A stretch of DNA of 58,493 nt, counting the filler, from Sphacelaria rigidula (lineage: Eukaryota): assembly GCA_964200075.2 (NCBI GenBank). It is 7 parts of 7 records of this genome, joined end to end, with 100 filler letters (N's around TTAATTAATTAA, not from the genome) between each part and the next. Parts side by side here need not be neighbours in the genome. Positions count along the whole stretch, not along the records: positions 8,373 to 16,643 come from CAXNAA020011709.1; positions 16,744 to 25,014 come from CAXNAA020011710.1; 5 more parts are not named here. One strand, 5' to 3'. Under the pieces are notes generated by a model. The model was not told the DNA's origin and did no database searches. It worked only from the letters and a program-made list of their open reading frames with translations. Shown piece by piece: positions 12,001 through 24,734 of the stretch. The translations under genes were made by a program, and so were the position numbers. Each line of letters opens with the position of its first letter. Position 1 is the stretch's first letter.

Positions 12001-14640
12001 TTAGGTGTTAACAATCTCACGTTGATAGGAGATCAGCATCAACTGCAGCCATTTTCGCACGTACGGGATGACGGCGGCGAAAGCAAGCACTCGAGATCTC
12101 TCATGGAGCGGGCTGTGGAGGCTGGGGTGCCCAGCCAGTTCTTGGACACCCAATACAGGATGCACCCGGCCATCTGCGAGGTATTCGTATCCCGCTTTAA
12201 CTTTTGCTTCGGCTGTGCAATGAATACTTCTTGTTGGTGGACCCAACTCAGCTATACAAGCGATGGCAAATCTAGCGCCATCTCCACCACGTAGTTGGCA
12301 AATCTCATTAGGAACGAGACATCTAACCTGCCATTCATTATTACAAGCTTCAATTTCTTCTCCTTTTGCCGCGCTATTTGTGCCGTGCTTTGAGAAGATG
12401 ATATCTTCTACATTCTACGAAGACATGCTCTCCACCGGCCCGGAGACAGCTCGTATCCGCAAGGCTCTCAAACCTTTGAAGTGGATCCACGTCAGCGGGG
12501 GAGAGACGCACCACCCGGGCAGGGTGAGTTTAGGGAGAAGGCACCAATGCATGGGAAGTGGAATGAAATGAACGTGCAAAATTATGATGGCGCTGCTCTT
12601 TACGTGGTAGGTGAAGCGAGCGGTTGTACGTTCATGGGCGCACCGAAGGACGGGACGGCTGCTCGTCACGACCTTGCATCATCGGGTAATCTCTGCACAC
12701 GATACTGCAAGGCTCCCCTACTCAGTACATATGCACGCTACTATTGATCGTCGTTTTTGCCTCTTGTATGACGTTGATTTCCAACACACTTTGGTGTCGC
12801 GGGGACTAGAGTGTTTTGTCACGTACTACTGGTGTTGAACAAGGATATATGCTCTCGCTTAGAACCATTATTCTGCGATTGCTTCCCGCTGTTGATTAGA
12901 GTCCAACCCCAAAACTTGAGGCAAGAATAGGCCATTTAGTAACCGGATCGGTAGAAATCCAAAACAGTATTTTGCAGGCCAGTTACTGGCCCACGTTTGG
13001 TGCTTGTGTTTCTAAATTTTGTAAAGGACCTCGCTAGGGCATAATGGACCAAAATAAGTGGGCCAGCTTATTTTTCACTGGTTCAGGGCGCCTTGGTATA
13101 GTATGGTAATGAACATTTTTTCACGAGAGCGCCCTAACCTCTCCGAAATAAATAACGGCCCATTTGTTTTTTCATTCAGCATACTTTTGCCGTTGTCCAT
13201 GCTGAATTTCGAACCACAATTCTAGAAATTAAGCTAAAAAACTGAGGTAGGGTCCCACAGCAATGTTCATTTGCACTCAAAACTCCCTTGAAAAACGAAA
13301 CAAGTGAACAAAATGAAAATAGCTGTTATTATTTTTTCAATATGCATCAATGATTCTCCACCCGAAATTCCAAAGCACAGTTCTCAAGAACTGAGACGCG
13401 ATATTCAGATTTTGTGTATTTAGCGCCTATGCTCGTAATATACGATTTTATTATGAAATATTTTGTGCGCCATATCTCGACCTATATAACGAATTAGGTG
13501 AAGGTGAGGGTATCTATCGTTTCCCCGTGCTCCAGGGAATGCCCACACAAAGAATCGTCATGATCCACTGTATACAGCGTTTGGGATTTCACATCGACTC
13601 TACTATAGACGCTGTCTCCGTACGGTATAGGAATTACTAGACGTGAGGTTTGATCAATGAGGACAAATTGGCCCAGATTTATGAGCAGATGGGCACCTTA
13701 CCCTTGAATAGACGATCAATACGATAAGCGGATCACGGCCCAACTCGTTTGTGTCGATGAGATATTGCTTTGAGAGCTTAACCTCGTTTCCAGGCTGAAC
13801 CAGCCTGTGTCCTCTACCGGACCATGCTCACTACGTAGTCTTGCTGCACGTCTGTTCGCTGTTCACGAAACTCTCGCGCCACACGATACGCGACAGGGCT
13901 ACTCTAATCTTGGCGAGGTTCCCCAGGTGGTGAAGCAATCACTGATTGCCACAGAGAAATATGGGCATAACGCGGAAATTCGAGTGATCACGTTCTACAA
14001 CATGCAGAAGTACGCTCTGGAGCGCGAGTTTACGAAGCACAGCCGTCTCTCCCACGTGCTTATCGCGTCGGTAAGAACCGCCCCCTCCTGATCGATGCAA
14101 TGAAAGTGCAGATCGAAACACTGCACCTGCAGGAAGAATGTCAGTGATGAGTGCGCAGATAGGAGTATGTTTGTAATCCACAAATGGGGAACGGAACATT
14201 TCGATTTCATGGCTATGATGAGGTACCTTAAATGGGTTCTGTCCATCTGCCACCGACGACAAGGTCGTCATGGTTGTAGCATATAGAAATAAAGTGCAGC
14301 ACACACAGGTACCATGTTTCGGAACATGTGCCTATGTCAGGACAGAGGTGACGAATACGCGACAAGCCCGTGCTGCGCAAAATTGATACTAACGGTGCCT
14401 TCACCTGACGGACTGATACCACTGTCATAGGTCGACGCCTGCCAGGGGTCGGACGCAGATGTGGTAATTGTCTCCGCCGTGCGAAGCGGGGGTCTATCAG
14501 GCTTCATGCTGGACCGGCGCAGGGTCAACGTAGCTCTATCCAGGGCAAAAGAGGAGTGTATCGTGGTCGGAGACAGGGACACCTTCCGTAATGATGGAGG
14601 CAGGATGTGGCGCTCGGTCGTGCGCCACTTCAGTTCGTGA
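9056..14640 (+). CDS. SF1B helicase, UPF1/DNA2-NAM7-like (Sen1/senataxin-like), 5'-partial
   Basis: Phase-consistent exons 9056-9677, 10193-10326, 11326-12180, 12398-12523, 13897-14070, 14431-14640 (TGA). Motifs: Q-motif LNCTQRRAV, Walker A GPPG|TGKST (split by an intron), Ia TCIRNQALD, Walker B IMDEAA, III LIGDQHQLQP, QYRMHP, VITFYNMQ, V SVDACQGSDAD, VI RRVNVALSRAK. Confidence 0.92.
10927..11138. mobile_element. MITE with TGT...ACA termini and internal telomere-like repeats
   Basis: tgtaatgcgtgagc..ggaccgcgtgct / agcacgcggtccccccacgcattaca; internal ggttggggttagtggtaacgttagggtcaggg; second copy at 15765-15975. Confidence 0.7.
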
Positions 14641-14730
14641 GGGGGTGCCACAGGTTACTGTGCGTTGATCTCGGACTACGAGAGGATGCGCATGCGCTCT
14701 TTCAAGCGCTGCATCACAGGCTGTGTGCGC

Positions 14731-14773
14731 TGCTTTACGCTGCTTTACGCTGCTTTACGCTGCTTTACGCTGC
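14731..14773 (+). repeat. Tandem 10-mer (tgctttacgc)x4 just downstream of the helicase stop
   Basis: Directly visible. Confidence 0.9.
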
Positions 14774-15764
14774 AACAGTGGAATCGAAGATGATCGTGAA
14801 TCCACATTTTTCATGGCTACCCAGGGCTACCGATAAAACAATGGATGTAGCTTCTGTAGAAATACGTGTTGCCGGGAGAGCAGATAAATGTTCGCTCGAA
14901 ATCAAGTTGTCATGTTTGGCGAAAGATATACCATGTTTCGAGCCGTCCGGCGAAGTGCTCTGTCGTTCCTGGATCGAGGGAAACTCAAACTTTGCAAACG
15001 TGGTAATGCATAGAAATAGTACTGAGTGTACGGCGTTGTGCCAGAACATGCTCATGCGACAATCAACGTTTCGGTGATTAGCATCGATCGCGAACTCGTA
15101 CGAACGCGGGGAAAGTATTCTGTAAATTTTGTTGGTGAAGCAGGGGGCTGCGCGGAGAAGATTTTCGAACACGAAGGCCTCTCCCCGTGCTCCTCTCCCG
15201 GAGGGAATTTTCCGAAAACCGTCATGATTTTCTTGTTTTTGTTTTTGCAAGAAATGGATTGATAAATACTGACAAAAACCGAAAAGTCTGGTGGGCTGTG
15301 CGGGGTTTGTATAACTGCTTCTGTTCCTTATTGCCCGCTCTGTTCCGATAATTTCAGACGCCGGTCACGCTTACTCACATGTATGTACACGAGCGCACGG
15401 TAGCGACAGCCTGTAGCCAAAGCAGCAGCGTTATCTAACACCTCGCCAAACTTTCCCGGACTACTGATAGTTACTCGAGGCACACAGCGCAGGACATGAT
15501 CCCGTACATGTAATCATGGTTAGTGATAAGCTTGGGGAGGGCGGCGTGTGCGCCATCTCAGCAGTCTCCATGCCAAGGATTTCTGGACACGGCAGCTGAC
15601 CGCATCCGCCTATGCCTCGGTGATAAACTAGGGGGCAGGAGGCTGGGTGTCCCTTCCCCGGTCCCTCGAAATCTCAATTTCTCTATCTTGGGGCCTTCGT
15701 GTCCAGAAATCTTTTTTGCGTAGCCCCCTGAGTCAAGATATGGTCAGCGACTGACTAGATGGGC

Positions 15765-15975
15765 GGTAATGCGTGAGAGGACCGCGTGCTTACAGGACCG
15801 CATCGGAATTTGAACATCCCTATGGTTAGGGTTAGGGTTAGGGTTAGTGTTGGGGTTAGGGTCAGGTGCGTGGTACCTGCAGGTACTGGTCGGATTGGTT
15901 TCGAACGACGTCGATCCTGGGGTGTTTTGGACCACGGCGCGGTCCTCTAAGCACGCGGTCCTCTCACGCATTACA
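15765..15975. mobile_element. MITE with ~35-bp TIRs, 4-bp TSD and a (TTAGGG)n core
   Basis: gggc|ggtaatgcgtgagaggaccgcgtgctt ... aagcacgcggtcctctcacgcattaca|gggc; internal ggttagggttagggttagggttag at ~15824-15866. Confidence 0.8.
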
Positions 15976-16743
15976 GGGCGATCGGGGCACAGCATCTCAA
16001 GGAGATATTGGTGCTGTGGGTCATGCAAGCAACATACTGCTCCGAGTGCTGTTACTCGAACCCCTACACGGATGACCTCTAGCACCAGTAACTGGACGCT
16101 GCATTGCCCTCCTGGCCGCGGCGCCTTACAAATCCTCCAAGTATTCCCACACGAACCTGCAATCCAAAGTGCCCAAGATCAGTTGCAAGGTCCCGCAAGT
16201 CCATCGTGACAGTCGAATTGAGGAACACCCACGTTCCACCCTACATTAGAACGACGTTCGACATTGGAACGAAGTTGATGCTTCATTTCCCACAGGTATT
16301 CAATGTGTACGAGGAACGGCTTCCTTCCAAGGGGTGTGATTTCAGCATCCAACCAAGATCCAACATACAGAAATAGCACCGCGATATATGCATATGAATG
16401 TTGAGACTGCTGGTAGTTGTCATGTTTCATCTGCTGCCGCTCGGAAGTAAAACCTTGCCTAGAGAAGAAGGATAAGCAGGATTGAGTGGCGCGAGGACAT
16501 GTGTCCTGTAAATTTCCCGAACGTCCAAATTTTATTTTGTTTCCCCCCCCGTTTCCTCCGCGTTTCCTCCGCTCGGACCCCCGATGGGGTTGGCGTCGCT
16601 TGGCGATGACGCTGTAAAACACGCCACTCACTACGTAAGCTAGNNNNNNNNNNNNNNNNNNNNNNNNNNNNNNNNNNNNNNNNNNNNTTAATTAATTAAN
16701 NNNNNNNNNNNNNNNNNNNNNNNNNNNNNNNNNNNNNNNNNNN

Positions 16744-17265
16744 AAACCACCAAGCGCGAAGCGCCGTGGTGTGTTCGGCGCGTCGCATGACGGGTGAACT
16801 GCATCCTGCTAAGATTGTCTGGCCCGAAGCGTACTGAGTAAGTTGCGTTTAGATGACAGCCAAAAATGATTTGCTTTATTCTGTGGTATCGCCACTTCCA
16901 GAGACAGCCATGGCTTATACACTGCCTCATGGGTGTCCAGGCGGGGGGGAGGTAAAATTGTTTTTTTGCTTGCATGTAGTCAGAAGACGATTAACCTCGC
17001 ATCCCTACAGACCCGGGACGGAGCACGCCGAGTCTGCGCCGGACCATTCTCGCAATCAATCACCAAGCGCGAAGCGCCGTGGTGTGTTCGGCGAGTCGCA
17101 TGAAGGGTGACCTGCATCCTGCTAAGATTGTTCGGCCCGAAGCCTGATTATCTTGCATTTGGATAACAGCCTACGATGAGTTGCTTCATTTTTGGGCATC
17201 GCCAATTCAAGAGTCAGTCACTGCTTATACACTGCCTCATGGGTGTCCCACCCTTTGAGCACTAT
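16744..17265 (+). repeat. Two tandem partial copies of dispersed repeat family A
   Basis: caagcgcgaagcgccgtggtgtgttcggcg... occurs at ~16751 and again at ~17063; matches the copies in other contigs. Confidence 0.8.
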
Positions 17266-19339
17266 ATAGTACGATCATCTCCAACCCCAAGCCACCTTTG
17301 GGGAGGGGGAGCTATCGTAGAAAGTTTCGGACCATCCTCATCACCCAGTGAGACCGGAAAGCGGAGTAGGTCGGAAAGTAGAGGGGGCAGAAAACAAGAT
17401 GAGCAATCTAGAAAGAAGGGAGAACGTTGCACATACAAACCGTGCAAGTTCAAACATAACCATTCAAAAGAGGACTGTCAGTTAGCCAAGAAGACCAAAG
17501 AGAAACTTGTAGCTTGTGAGTTTTGATGGTGCCCACAGCCGGGACCCTCACCCAGCAATGGGAAACTTGTACGAGCGACAATAGTAACTACCAGAGGATC
17601 GATTCATACAGCTTTTACGAGTAAGGTGGTGAGCATGACGCGAGAATACGAGAAATCGAGGGAAGAAGTTGAGCACCGTGAAATGGGTGCCGAACCTTTG
17701 ATTGGAAGTAAATAGGTGAAAAAACGAGTGCCATTTGCCAGCCAGGATGTAGCCCCTTCTGTGAGGTCATGTAAGAGAGTACATGAGGAGGCGATTACGG
17801 TTACGAAGGATGGTACACAGGAGCAAGTTGGGAGTGAAACAGGTCAAGATAGGATGTTCAGTAAGAGGCATCGACACCTGGGCATAGCCCCTCAAGCTGC
17901 TGCTGTGAGTAAGGCGTCTCGGAAAAAAAATAAAGCACAAATCAAATTCTTTGACCACTAGCTCGAGAGAGTTTGAATAATTTTTCATGTCTCCGTTAGC
18001 CCGGTATCCTAGGAACCCGGCAATGTTACGATCTGCATCAGGGAGGGCGCAGGTACCAGCCAGAGTCAATGGAATGGAGGTTCCAGCAATAACAATTGAC
18101 TCTGCTTCAGACCTCCCAATAATTAGTCTGAAGTTCATCCGTTCACACCCCACTTTGAGTCCTCACTTTGAGTGAAGACGACATTAAATCAGTCCCACCG
18201 CGTTCTATTGATCTAAGGAGCGGTTCACCAATCACGGTAAAGGGATTAATTCGCTTTCACCTTAGGTTAGGTGACATAACCATGCCCGTCGAAGCGTTTG
18301 TACTGATGGAAATCGGTCTGGATTGTATGCCGATGGAGAATTCAACTATGAGCGTATTCGGAGATATTCTCGACTGGGAAGCAGAAACTTTGATGTTCCG
18401 TAATCCAACAGTTCGCCTCAAAGCTATTCACGGGAGAAAATACTGGAAAGCTCGTCCGACGTGTTGGGAAAACGATTATTGTTCTGTCATACGGGTAGCA
18501 TTGACTGAACCAGTAGCAGTGTACCTCTCAAAGAGATGCTGCGTCCCGACTTGAAGTGAAATGACTCTCCTGTTTGAAACAAACGAGCCGCCGCTAATCA
18601 CAACTGCTGCGGTCTGCACATTTGTCTGAAATCAGAACAAGGTCAAAGTGCTGCTCCAGAGGCTTCCTCCTTATCAAGGGCTCCAGAGACTTCAAGGCAC
18701 AAGCAGCTACACAAACAGCTGTCTTAGTTAAAACCAGAAGTGTTCCCTGTTTTGCTCTTCTTGCAAACACGATAGAGTCTAGGGTACGCATTCAATAATC
18801 ATCCTCCATCTGGTTGTCACAAGATCCAAACTGATATCCACATGCTAAGGTACTCCTCATGCTAGAGGTGCCACTGTACTTTCTCTACAAGCGGACATTG
18901 AGCCAAGAATAGTAACGGGTAAAGACCTCACATCCTCAGAAATATCAGAAGCTTTCAGCGGCTTAATTGTAGCACGTACGGCCTGTACATGGTCAGCGGT
19001 CAATAAAACAGCTATGGTACAAGTTGCAAATCCGTCGAACAGGCATGTCCAAATCCCACGATATTTGCTTTTGGGATACATATCACCTATGACAAACGAG
19101 CCGACGGAAAACGTCAGTGCAATTCAATAAGATAAACTGACGCCCAAGAAGAACTGAAGGCAGCGCTCGAAAATGCATTTCAAAAAACATTTTTAGAAAA
19201 TAGAGAAAGTCAAGTGCTTGATCTCTGTGCAAGGTACAGATCAGTCTTCTCACTATCACCGCAGGAGCTAGAGTGCTGCACAATCGGGGAAGCAACATTT
19301 CTCCTAGCACCATGCACGAAACCCTTCGATCGAATCCCG

Positions 19340-19568
19340 CAAGGTTGTGTTCTGTAGGGTGTACCCGGAAGTGGGTGATTTTTAGTTGGCATACTAAACT
19401 ATCGCGACGTGTGTAACGCACATTCAAGTATGGCTTGGCAGGCTATCGAGCCCTGTTCCGAACACTCCGGGAAGGTTCTGAAAGGCATTTTCTGATACAA
19501 AACCTCCTCGAGACTTCTGTGAATACCTGGATTTTGAACAGGTATATACCTTGCAGAACATAACCTTG
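19340..19568. mobile_element. hAT-type MITE inserted in Gypsy pol
   Basis: TIRs caaggttgtgttctgtagggtgtacc / ggtatataccttgcagaacataaccttg; perfect 8-bp TSD gaatcccg; removing it restores DRIPYRANP. Confidence 0.9.
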
Positions 19569-20365
19569 GAATCCCGTATCGGGCTAACCCAATAATACAA
19601 AAAGTCGTCGATAAATGCATGGATGGGACGGAACAAGCCGGGATGATTGAACAACGAGTCAGCCCATGGGGCTGTGCGGTGACTTCAGTAGCAAAAAGTG
19701 ATGGGTACAGCCCGATTTTGTGTTGGCAATAGATCCAAGCTTAAAAAAAGTCTTGCTCAAAAATCATGGCCTATACCTAATTTGGAAAGACATGTAGACA
19801 TAGTGGCACGATTTTTTTTAATCTTTATCTTTGATGTACAGAGCGCATTCCACCAGATGCCTATGGCGGAAGAGGAGAAAGAAAAAACAGCCTTCGTAAC
19901 GGAAAAAGAAAAATCAGGGTTCAACCGCCTGCCGTTTGGCTTGCCATCTTCCCTCATCATTTTTTCGCGAATAATGGCTTTTATGTTCTTGCACTGTGGA
20001 AATAGCGGCCTCTTAGTGTACATGGATGATTTATCCGCCTGTTCCTCCAGATTCGAAAGCCATCTGACACTACTGGAAGACATGTTTAAAGCACTGAAAA
20101 TATCAGGTCTCACTCTCAAGCCTCCAAACGTACAGCTTGGACCAAAGGACGCCAAGTACCTCTGTTACACCTTCTCGGGTGACGGTATCAAAACGGGGGA
20201 AGATCGCATAAAGGCCTTACTAGATTTACCCACGACAACCATTATCAAGCAATTACGTTCGGTGCTAGGCACTAGTGTCAATTTGTTGAGGAAATCCATT
20301 CCGAACCTCGCACAGGTCATAATGGTGCCGCTGGTAGATTCTACAAAAAAAAAGGGGCAGCCAAA

Positions 20366-20613
20366 GTCTGCTGCCGAGATAGCCCCCCCCGAACCGGCCA
20401 AAAAAGTGCACGGAGGCGATGATGATAAAGGTTGTTAGAGCCGGTTTCATGATGCACGACGCGACTCATTTGGGCGTTATAGCTGATTTTGGACAGCTAC
20501 ACGCCTCTCATGTGGGCGCAGTTGCTGCAAACGAGCCCAACAGTGGAATCGCTGCCGGTTTTTCGGATGATTTCCGGCGCACTTTTCGTGGGGGGGCTAT
20601 CTTGGTATGAGTC
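20366..20613. mobile_element. MITE inserted between RT and RNase H
   Basis: Imperfect TIRs (..ccgagatagcccccccc / gggggggctatcttggta..), flanks caaa/cgaa; removing it restores AAKEEAKSWN. Confidence 0.65.
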
Positions 20614-23600
20614 CGAAGAAGAAGCAAAAAGTTGGAATGCGGGACACGATGCAGCTTTCGCGGAAGTAAAAGAGCTTCTCACGACTGCTCGGGTCCTTCA
20701 TTTCCCGGACTTTTCAAAAGAGTTCACCATCCAAGTGGACGCACCTGGAGAAGGGGCGGGCTCGATGCTCACCCAAGATATGGAAGGGGGGGTTGCGATC
20801 GTCGCGTATTTCGACCAGCAAGCGTTTTGACCATACCCAGAGGCACTAGTCTGCCACACTCAAGGATTGCTACGCCGGTGTATTAAGAATATAACCTTGG
20901 CGCCCTTCTTTATGGGACGACATTTCACGTGTGTGACAGACCATGCAGCACTGAGGTACCTCTATTCGATGCAAGACACAAGCAACACGTTGACAAGATG
21001 GGCGATAGCATCACAGTCAAATGACTTTACTGTAAAGCACAAAGTTGGAAAATTATACGTTGTTCCGGACACTCTGTCAAGGCTTTCCCAGTCTCAGCAG
21101 CAGCAAGAACACGAGGTCAAGCCCCTGCTCGCGCCAATCTGTCGGAACGTCCCAGAGGACCCCGCATTGCACATGAAGAAAACCCACCAACCGTTTTGAG
21201 GTTCGGCGGGAAAACTGGACAGTCTGATACCAGTCCAGAGCAACAGAGCTTTTCACCATCAAAGCTACGCACACGAGCGCTAGACATATTTTGACGAAGA
21301 CAAAGACAAAATTCGAACCGAACAGGCAAACGAATATGGCTCATATATTCAATATCTGACCGACGAAAACGCACCAATACCGGAAAAAAGATACCCTGAC
21401 ACCAATGTCCTATTTTGTGCTCCGAAACGGTATTTTATTCAACTCGTACTTGTCAGGACACCTTCGAAAAAAAGGCACCTATCGCGACAGACTGGTGTTA
21501 CCAGACGCTCTGGTCAATATCGTCATGCACCCATATCACGATCACGTGTTGTCTGGAGGTCACCTAGCAGGCAAGCGGACTTAAAAAAAATCAAGCACCA
21601 ATACTGGTGGCCGACCATCAGTCAAGATATGAAAAAATGGCGCAAACGTTGTCACTCATGTCAGAGGAAGACGGCGCATAACCGTTCGAAATTGCCTGTA
21701 CGCCACATACCTGTGAACAGATCTTTTGAGCGGATATCGATAGATCTGGTCGAGTACAAGATATTTTTAATTCGTCAGCCGATGTACCGCGCAGTTATGT
21801 GATGTCTGTCATGTATCATTTTACACGATACACACTGCTTATTCCAATTCCAAAACAGTCGGCCAGCACGGTGGCGAAAATGCTCGCTGACCGTGTCTTT
21901 ATGACATTTGCTCTACCAGAAAAATTACATTCGGACCAAGGCAAATAATTTGAGAATCGCGTAATATATGAGGTGCAGTTGATCCTGAAATTTGAGAAAA
22001 CACGCACGGCAACGTTCCGCCCTCAAGGTAACTCTGTTTCAGAACGCGTACACGAATTTACATGCCATGTTTAGCCATGCATAGCTCCGTCAAACGAGAC
22101 AACTGGGCGACTATGCTACATTTTGTGCAAATGGCGTACAATACATCATTCAACACCACAATGCAAAAAAACTCCTATTTCCGCATGTTCGGACGTCAAC
22201 AAAAATTGTCAATTGACATTATTTTGGGCATCTCCGAAAAAATGCACGCAGTGGATGCTGAACCTTACGCGAAAGGGAGGGAGGAAAACTTGCAGCTAGC
22301 TTTTGAAATTGCAAGACGCAACTTGAAGAAAAGAGCAGACAAACAGAAGGCAAGCAATGCCGAGCTCAAACCATACCCAGTCTTTGAACCTGGTCAACAA
22401 GTGCTGCTGTTCAGGCCACATCAAGACACGGACGGTCAAAATTCAAAATTGATGTGACCATCGCGAGGACCTGCTGTATATAGGGTCAAGATCAACGAGG
22501 ATGTTAAAGAGACGTCAGTACATCTCGCTCACCTTGAGCGATATTATCCACACGAGAACGACCACCAGCACCCGAGTTTGATCGACTCGACGAGTATTTC
22601 CTAGGCAAAAAAAATCCCTTGCGTCAACTTGACCGTCCAGAAGTAACGAATCCGAAAATTGAACGTTACGTCGTTGACAAAGCGGTAGGCCACAGACGAG
22701 GCCCGGGGAGAAATAGCCATCACAATGACAAGTACCGTCTCCGCCTCCAAGGCTACGGGTCATCAGTAGATTTAGAGTACCGAGCGGAGGAGATACCACA
22801 ATATCAGCGACTGATTAACGCGTATCGAATCAAACACAAGTTGAATAGTATGCGCTCACCTGACTCCTCATCTCAAAATTCGAGAAAAAAATAATGAGAA
22901 TATAGGGCGAGCTGAAAACTATTTTTTCGCCTCATGCAGAAGACAGTATAAGATAATAATAACACGCTTCTCTAAGTGCAGACATGACTGACATAGAATC
23001 GACACAGATTTCACGACTGAAAACAGGTCGACGGTGAAGAGAGACTTGGTCTTCGAATCAGGCTCTTATCAGGATAAGGGGACCTTGCTGACAAGGATTA
23101 CCGTAAAAGCTCCTTTTACTCCGAGTAAAATACTCCGAGGATAGAAAGGCACACTTTTGTTCACTACCGCTGTCTGCGATATTGAACTGTCCCTGGTTAC
23201 CCTGTATCACACAGCAACCATAGCCTACAGCTTTCTGTCTGCAAGTCATGAGCGGACCCCCTATGGGTCGAACGTTGGATACGGTAATCTGTGTAAATCG
23301 TTCAGCTGATGCCAAATTACCGAGCGAAACATGCATAAAATTGAAGGAAAAAAATGTTTTTCTCACTAATTTTCACACGAGTCTGTAGGAAAACATCGAT
23401 AAAATTTACTATTTAGTGTTTTCCAACACCCAATATTGAGGATATGACACGTTGAACTACAAGCCACCATAGAAGTATCTCAGAAACACATACAAATTAT
23501 ACTCCTGAAAATATAATGCCCAGCACGAGCCCGTCACAATGGACTCGAGGCCCATCAATGGGGGGTGATGTGGAAATCGCCATTTGGGCAATGACGTAAA

Positions 23601-24449
23601 AAAGATATGCCTTCTCGTTTTTTGCCTAAGAAAGGTACAAAAACGGCCAGAAATACGAAAACAGAAGAACACACCATTTTGACCGGTTTCGCGGAGAAAC
23701 CTTATGCAAGGCACAAGTGGTGCTAGGGCTCTAGAGCTCTAGGCGACTGAAGATGATGGATTCTGGCGAGCGCATCTTGGAGTCAAGACACCCACTTTGA
23801 GACACCGTGCTTCCGGGAGTAGAGACCACGAAAGTTGACGGATATCCGTCTGCCAGTGTGTTATCGACCGGCGAACATTTCTGTCTTTTCTTGAGATCAA
23901 GGCACTCACCTTAAGACGTGCTGCGAGGGCTCTACGCGGTCGGAGATGACACAGGTTTCGGCAAGCGAACAATTCTTCGGCCAGCAAATATGTGTGTCTC
24001 TTCAAGAAGTCAACACTCCGAATTCGGGACTCACGTATTCTCAAAGCTCTAGGGGGCGAGAGTGAGGTATTTAGGCCAGCGAATATATTGACGGTCAGCA
24101 AGTATTTTCGCCCACTTTCTAATACCAAGACCCCTACTTCAAGGCACGTGCTTCAAGAGCTCAAGACGGCGCGTGCGGGTGCGGCTGGGTGGCCTTTCGC
24201 TTGTTTGACTCAGGTTTGTGGACCATGTCCCCCCGCCCCTCGCCGCCGACCAAGCGGGACGAACACAAGTTCAAACAAGCACGAGCAACACGAAAGGCAC
24301 GAAACCGCAGCGACGAGCTCGTCCTCACCACGAGCTCTCCTTGCCCAAGCGGCAACTCGCGGCGTTGAGAGATGGAGAAAGGAAGGCGACCTCGGTCAGT
24401 TTTCCGTTGTGAACAAGTAGGCAAGACAATGGCGCACAGCCCCGCCCGC

Positions 24450-24734
24450 CAAGGCCCATTACTATCGACATTGCTTTTGACAGACATGTCAGAAATTTTC
24501 ACAGTCTCCGGGGTCTGCGTTCAGACTTTCCCGAGAAGTAAGCGGAGCGATTTTTCTTCCGAAGCTTCTTTCTCGGAGCAGGCCGAAAAATTCGGACTGC
24601 AACGCAGCACTTCGGAGAGCTGCTCTGCGAGTACACCGTGGGGGTCGCAAGCAGTCGAGAATGATCCGGTACCTTGCTAGTCCCGACAGTTTCGGAGATC
24701 TCCGAAAAAACAGTGTCGATAACAATGGGCCTTG
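24450..24734. mobile_element. MITE with CAAGG termini
   Basis: caaggcccattactatcgacattg / cagtgtcgataacaatgggccttg; no TSD recognisable. Confidence 0.6.

Larger units (their letters stand above)
17330..22894 (+). mobile_element. Degenerate Ty3/Gypsy LTR retrotransposon (chromovirus) gag-pol
   Basis: Domain order: gag knuckle (CTYKPCKFKHNHSKEDC, ~17430-17480), protease (ITIDSASDL, ~18090), RT (FDVQSAFHQMP, RLPFGL, VYMDD; 19570-20200), RNase H (FTIQVDA, FTCVTDHAAL, LTRWAI; 20620-21080), integrase (HDHVLSGGHL...YWWP...CHSCQR, LHSDQG, PQGNSVSER; 21400-22460), chromodomain (YVVDKAVGHR...YRLRLQGYG; 22660-22830). Many stops and frameshifts. Confidence 0.93.

Noticed and set aside
6472-14640. MBD-helicase fusion gene
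   Set aside because: The two halves lie on different contigs joined by an artificial, length-sorted spacer, and exon phases do not match (phase 2 versus phase 0).
15824-15866. True telomere or chromosome fusion point
   Set aside because: A short tract in the middle of a TIR-bounded MITE that has a second copy.
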